From Cenococcum geophilum (Eukaryota): a DNA stretch of 64,000 bases. Within the stretch, counting starts at the first letter, position 1. Every line of letters starts with the position of its first letter. A model generated the notes under the pieces. That model was given only the letters and a program-made list of their open reading frames with translations. It did no database searches and was not told the DNA's origin. Where the stretch lies: contig CP158635.1 of the NCBI GenBank assembly GCA_050273025.1, positions 16,864,001 to 16,928,000 on the forward strand. Direction: 5' to 3'. This document shows positions 62,373-64,000 of this stretch, piece by piece. The position numbers and the translations under genes were made by a program.

Positions 62373-64000
62373 GAAGAGAACCATCGCTATATTATATTAA
62401 ATTATCTAAAATAATAATATTTATTTTGCTAGCCTTATAAATAGCTTTAAAGTAGCTTTTATTTATTTAAAATATGCTATTAGTATAAAAGAGGTAAATA
62501 TAATTATAGTTGCCAAATGCGCAGATTGCTGGCAGGTTGCGCGCAGGCTGCGCGCAGGCTGCGTGTCAAAAAAACACGACATAGGCTAGTCGGTCGAGTT
62601 GCTAAATGACCTCAACTGCGCGCCAATTGCGTCAACCACCAGCCATTGAGGCCATTGAAAGGGTACCATATTTTCCCGATGCCCGCTAGCGCAACTCGCT
62701 AAGAAACCCAAATATACAATCTTTGCTGTTACTATAGCTAATATTAAGAAGGCCTTAGCACTAAAGAAGTATACTAACCCTACTACGAAGGTATTAGTAG
62801 AGTACTATAACCGCCTAGAAGTATTCTTATAGAAGAAAGCCGATAAGCTACTAAAACACCAATCGTATAACCATAAGATTATACTTAAAGAAGGAAAGCA
62901 GCCTAGATTTAGACCCCTATATAGAATATCCTAAAACGAACTCTAAGTGCTATAGAAGTATTTAGACAAGAACCTAAGTAAAGGATTTATTAGAGTAAGC
63001 TCTTTACCTATAGCTATACTAGTAATCTTTATTAAGAAACTTAATAGTAGTCTGCGCTTTTATATAGACTACTAAGCTCTTAACGCCGTTACCGTTAAGA
63101 ACTAATACCTAATCCTATTAATATAGGAGACACTAAACTAACTAAGTAAGACTCGCTACTATACAAAGCTTAATATTATCTCTGTATTTAACCGCCCCCG
63201 TATAGTAAAAGGAGATAAATGGCTTATTATATTTCGTACTTAGTATAGATTATTTAAATACTTAATAACGCTATTCGGCCTCGTAAATGCTCTAAGCTTA
63301 TTTTAATATTACGTAAATAATACCCTACGTCCCTACCTAGATATCTTCTGTACTACTTATATTAACAATATCCTAATATATAGTAATAACCTAACCGAAT
63401 ATTAGAAATACGTTTATTTTATTTTATAAGCCCTATATAGAGCTAGTTTATAATTAAATATAGATAAATATAAGTTTTATAAAACGGAAGTTCTATACCT
63501 TAGACTCCTTATTTCTATAAACGGTATATAAATAGACCTAAAGAAAGTTAAAGTAATTATAAACTAGTAAGAACCTAAGGACGTTAAGGATATAAAAGCC
63601 TTTATAGGATTTGCTAATTTCTACTAACGGTTTATTAATAACTTCTCCGCCCTAGTTTTACCCCTTATTACTTTAACCTAAAAGGATAAAGCTTTTATCT
63701 TTAATAAGGAATATAAGAAGGCCTTTGCTTATCTAAAGGTTATATTTACTACTATATCTATACTCTAATACTTTAACCTAAAATAAATAAGTGTTATAGA
63801 AGCCAACTTATCTGATTATGTTACTAAAGGTATTCTATCTTAATATAATAAAGAAGGAATATTATACTCCATAATATACTTCTTAAAATAACTAAGTCCT
63901 GCCGAATATAATTATAAGATCTATAATAAAGAATTGCTAGCTATTATTAGATACTTTAAGCAATAGCAACCCAAACTAGAAGGCGCTGGATTTTTAATTA

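Larger units (their letters stand above)
60691..62681. mobile_element. Non-autonomous TIR element filled with minisatellites, inserted in E7 pol
   Basis: 14-bp TIR CATCGGGAAAATAT / ATATTTTCCCGATG; removing the element plus CC restores the E7 reading frame. Confidence 0.88.
58179..64000 (+). mobile_element. E7: third Gypsy family (MAGGY/Pyret-like), truncated by the window end
   Basis: 5' LTR ~58179-58558 (TGTTATAG...CTGTAATA); Gag with knuckle ~59550; protease LI(D)xGASGIGFI ~59937; RT YINNILIYS (YIDD) ~63358; RNase H start. Confidence 0.92.

Noticed and set aside
1..64000. Starship or other giant-element captain gene, host or effector genes, RNA genes, telomeric arrays
   Set aside because: No tyrosine recombinase, intact host ORF, tRNA/rRNA structure or TTAGGG array was recognised by eye; the species cannot be assigned from this window.

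Overview
Fungal (Pezizomycotina-type) AT-rich transposon graveyard with no intact host gene. Nearly everything carries RIP damage (CpA->TpA / TpG->TpA; Gln and Trp codons turned into TAA/TAG). It resolves into a deep nest. Five copies of one ~7.9 kb chromodomain Ty3/Gypsy family are present (E1 273-8227 -, E2 8537-16359 +, E3 25144-58178 split, E4 29840-37710 -, E5 45681-53836 +; 5-bp TSDs visible for four). There is also a ~10.6 kb Ylt1-like Gypsy (E6 29786-56441, 4-bp TSD), a third Gypsy running off the window (E7 from 58179), two solo LTRs, pogo/Tigger, Tc1 and hAT DNA transposons, and a repeat-packed 2-kb TIR element. The most notable observations are accessory genes inside the retroelements that appear only after undoing RIP: a ~940-codon post-pol cargo ORF in E6 with a 2OG-Fe(II)/PhyH-like dioxygenase signature, bracketed by a duplicated polypurine tract; an antisense Zn2Cys6-like gene in the E1-E5 family; and a duplicated C-x4-C-x2-H motif in an extended Gag. 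A Tf1-type self-priming duplex also covaries between subfamilies. Protein assignments come from manual translation and de-RIP inference, not database searches.
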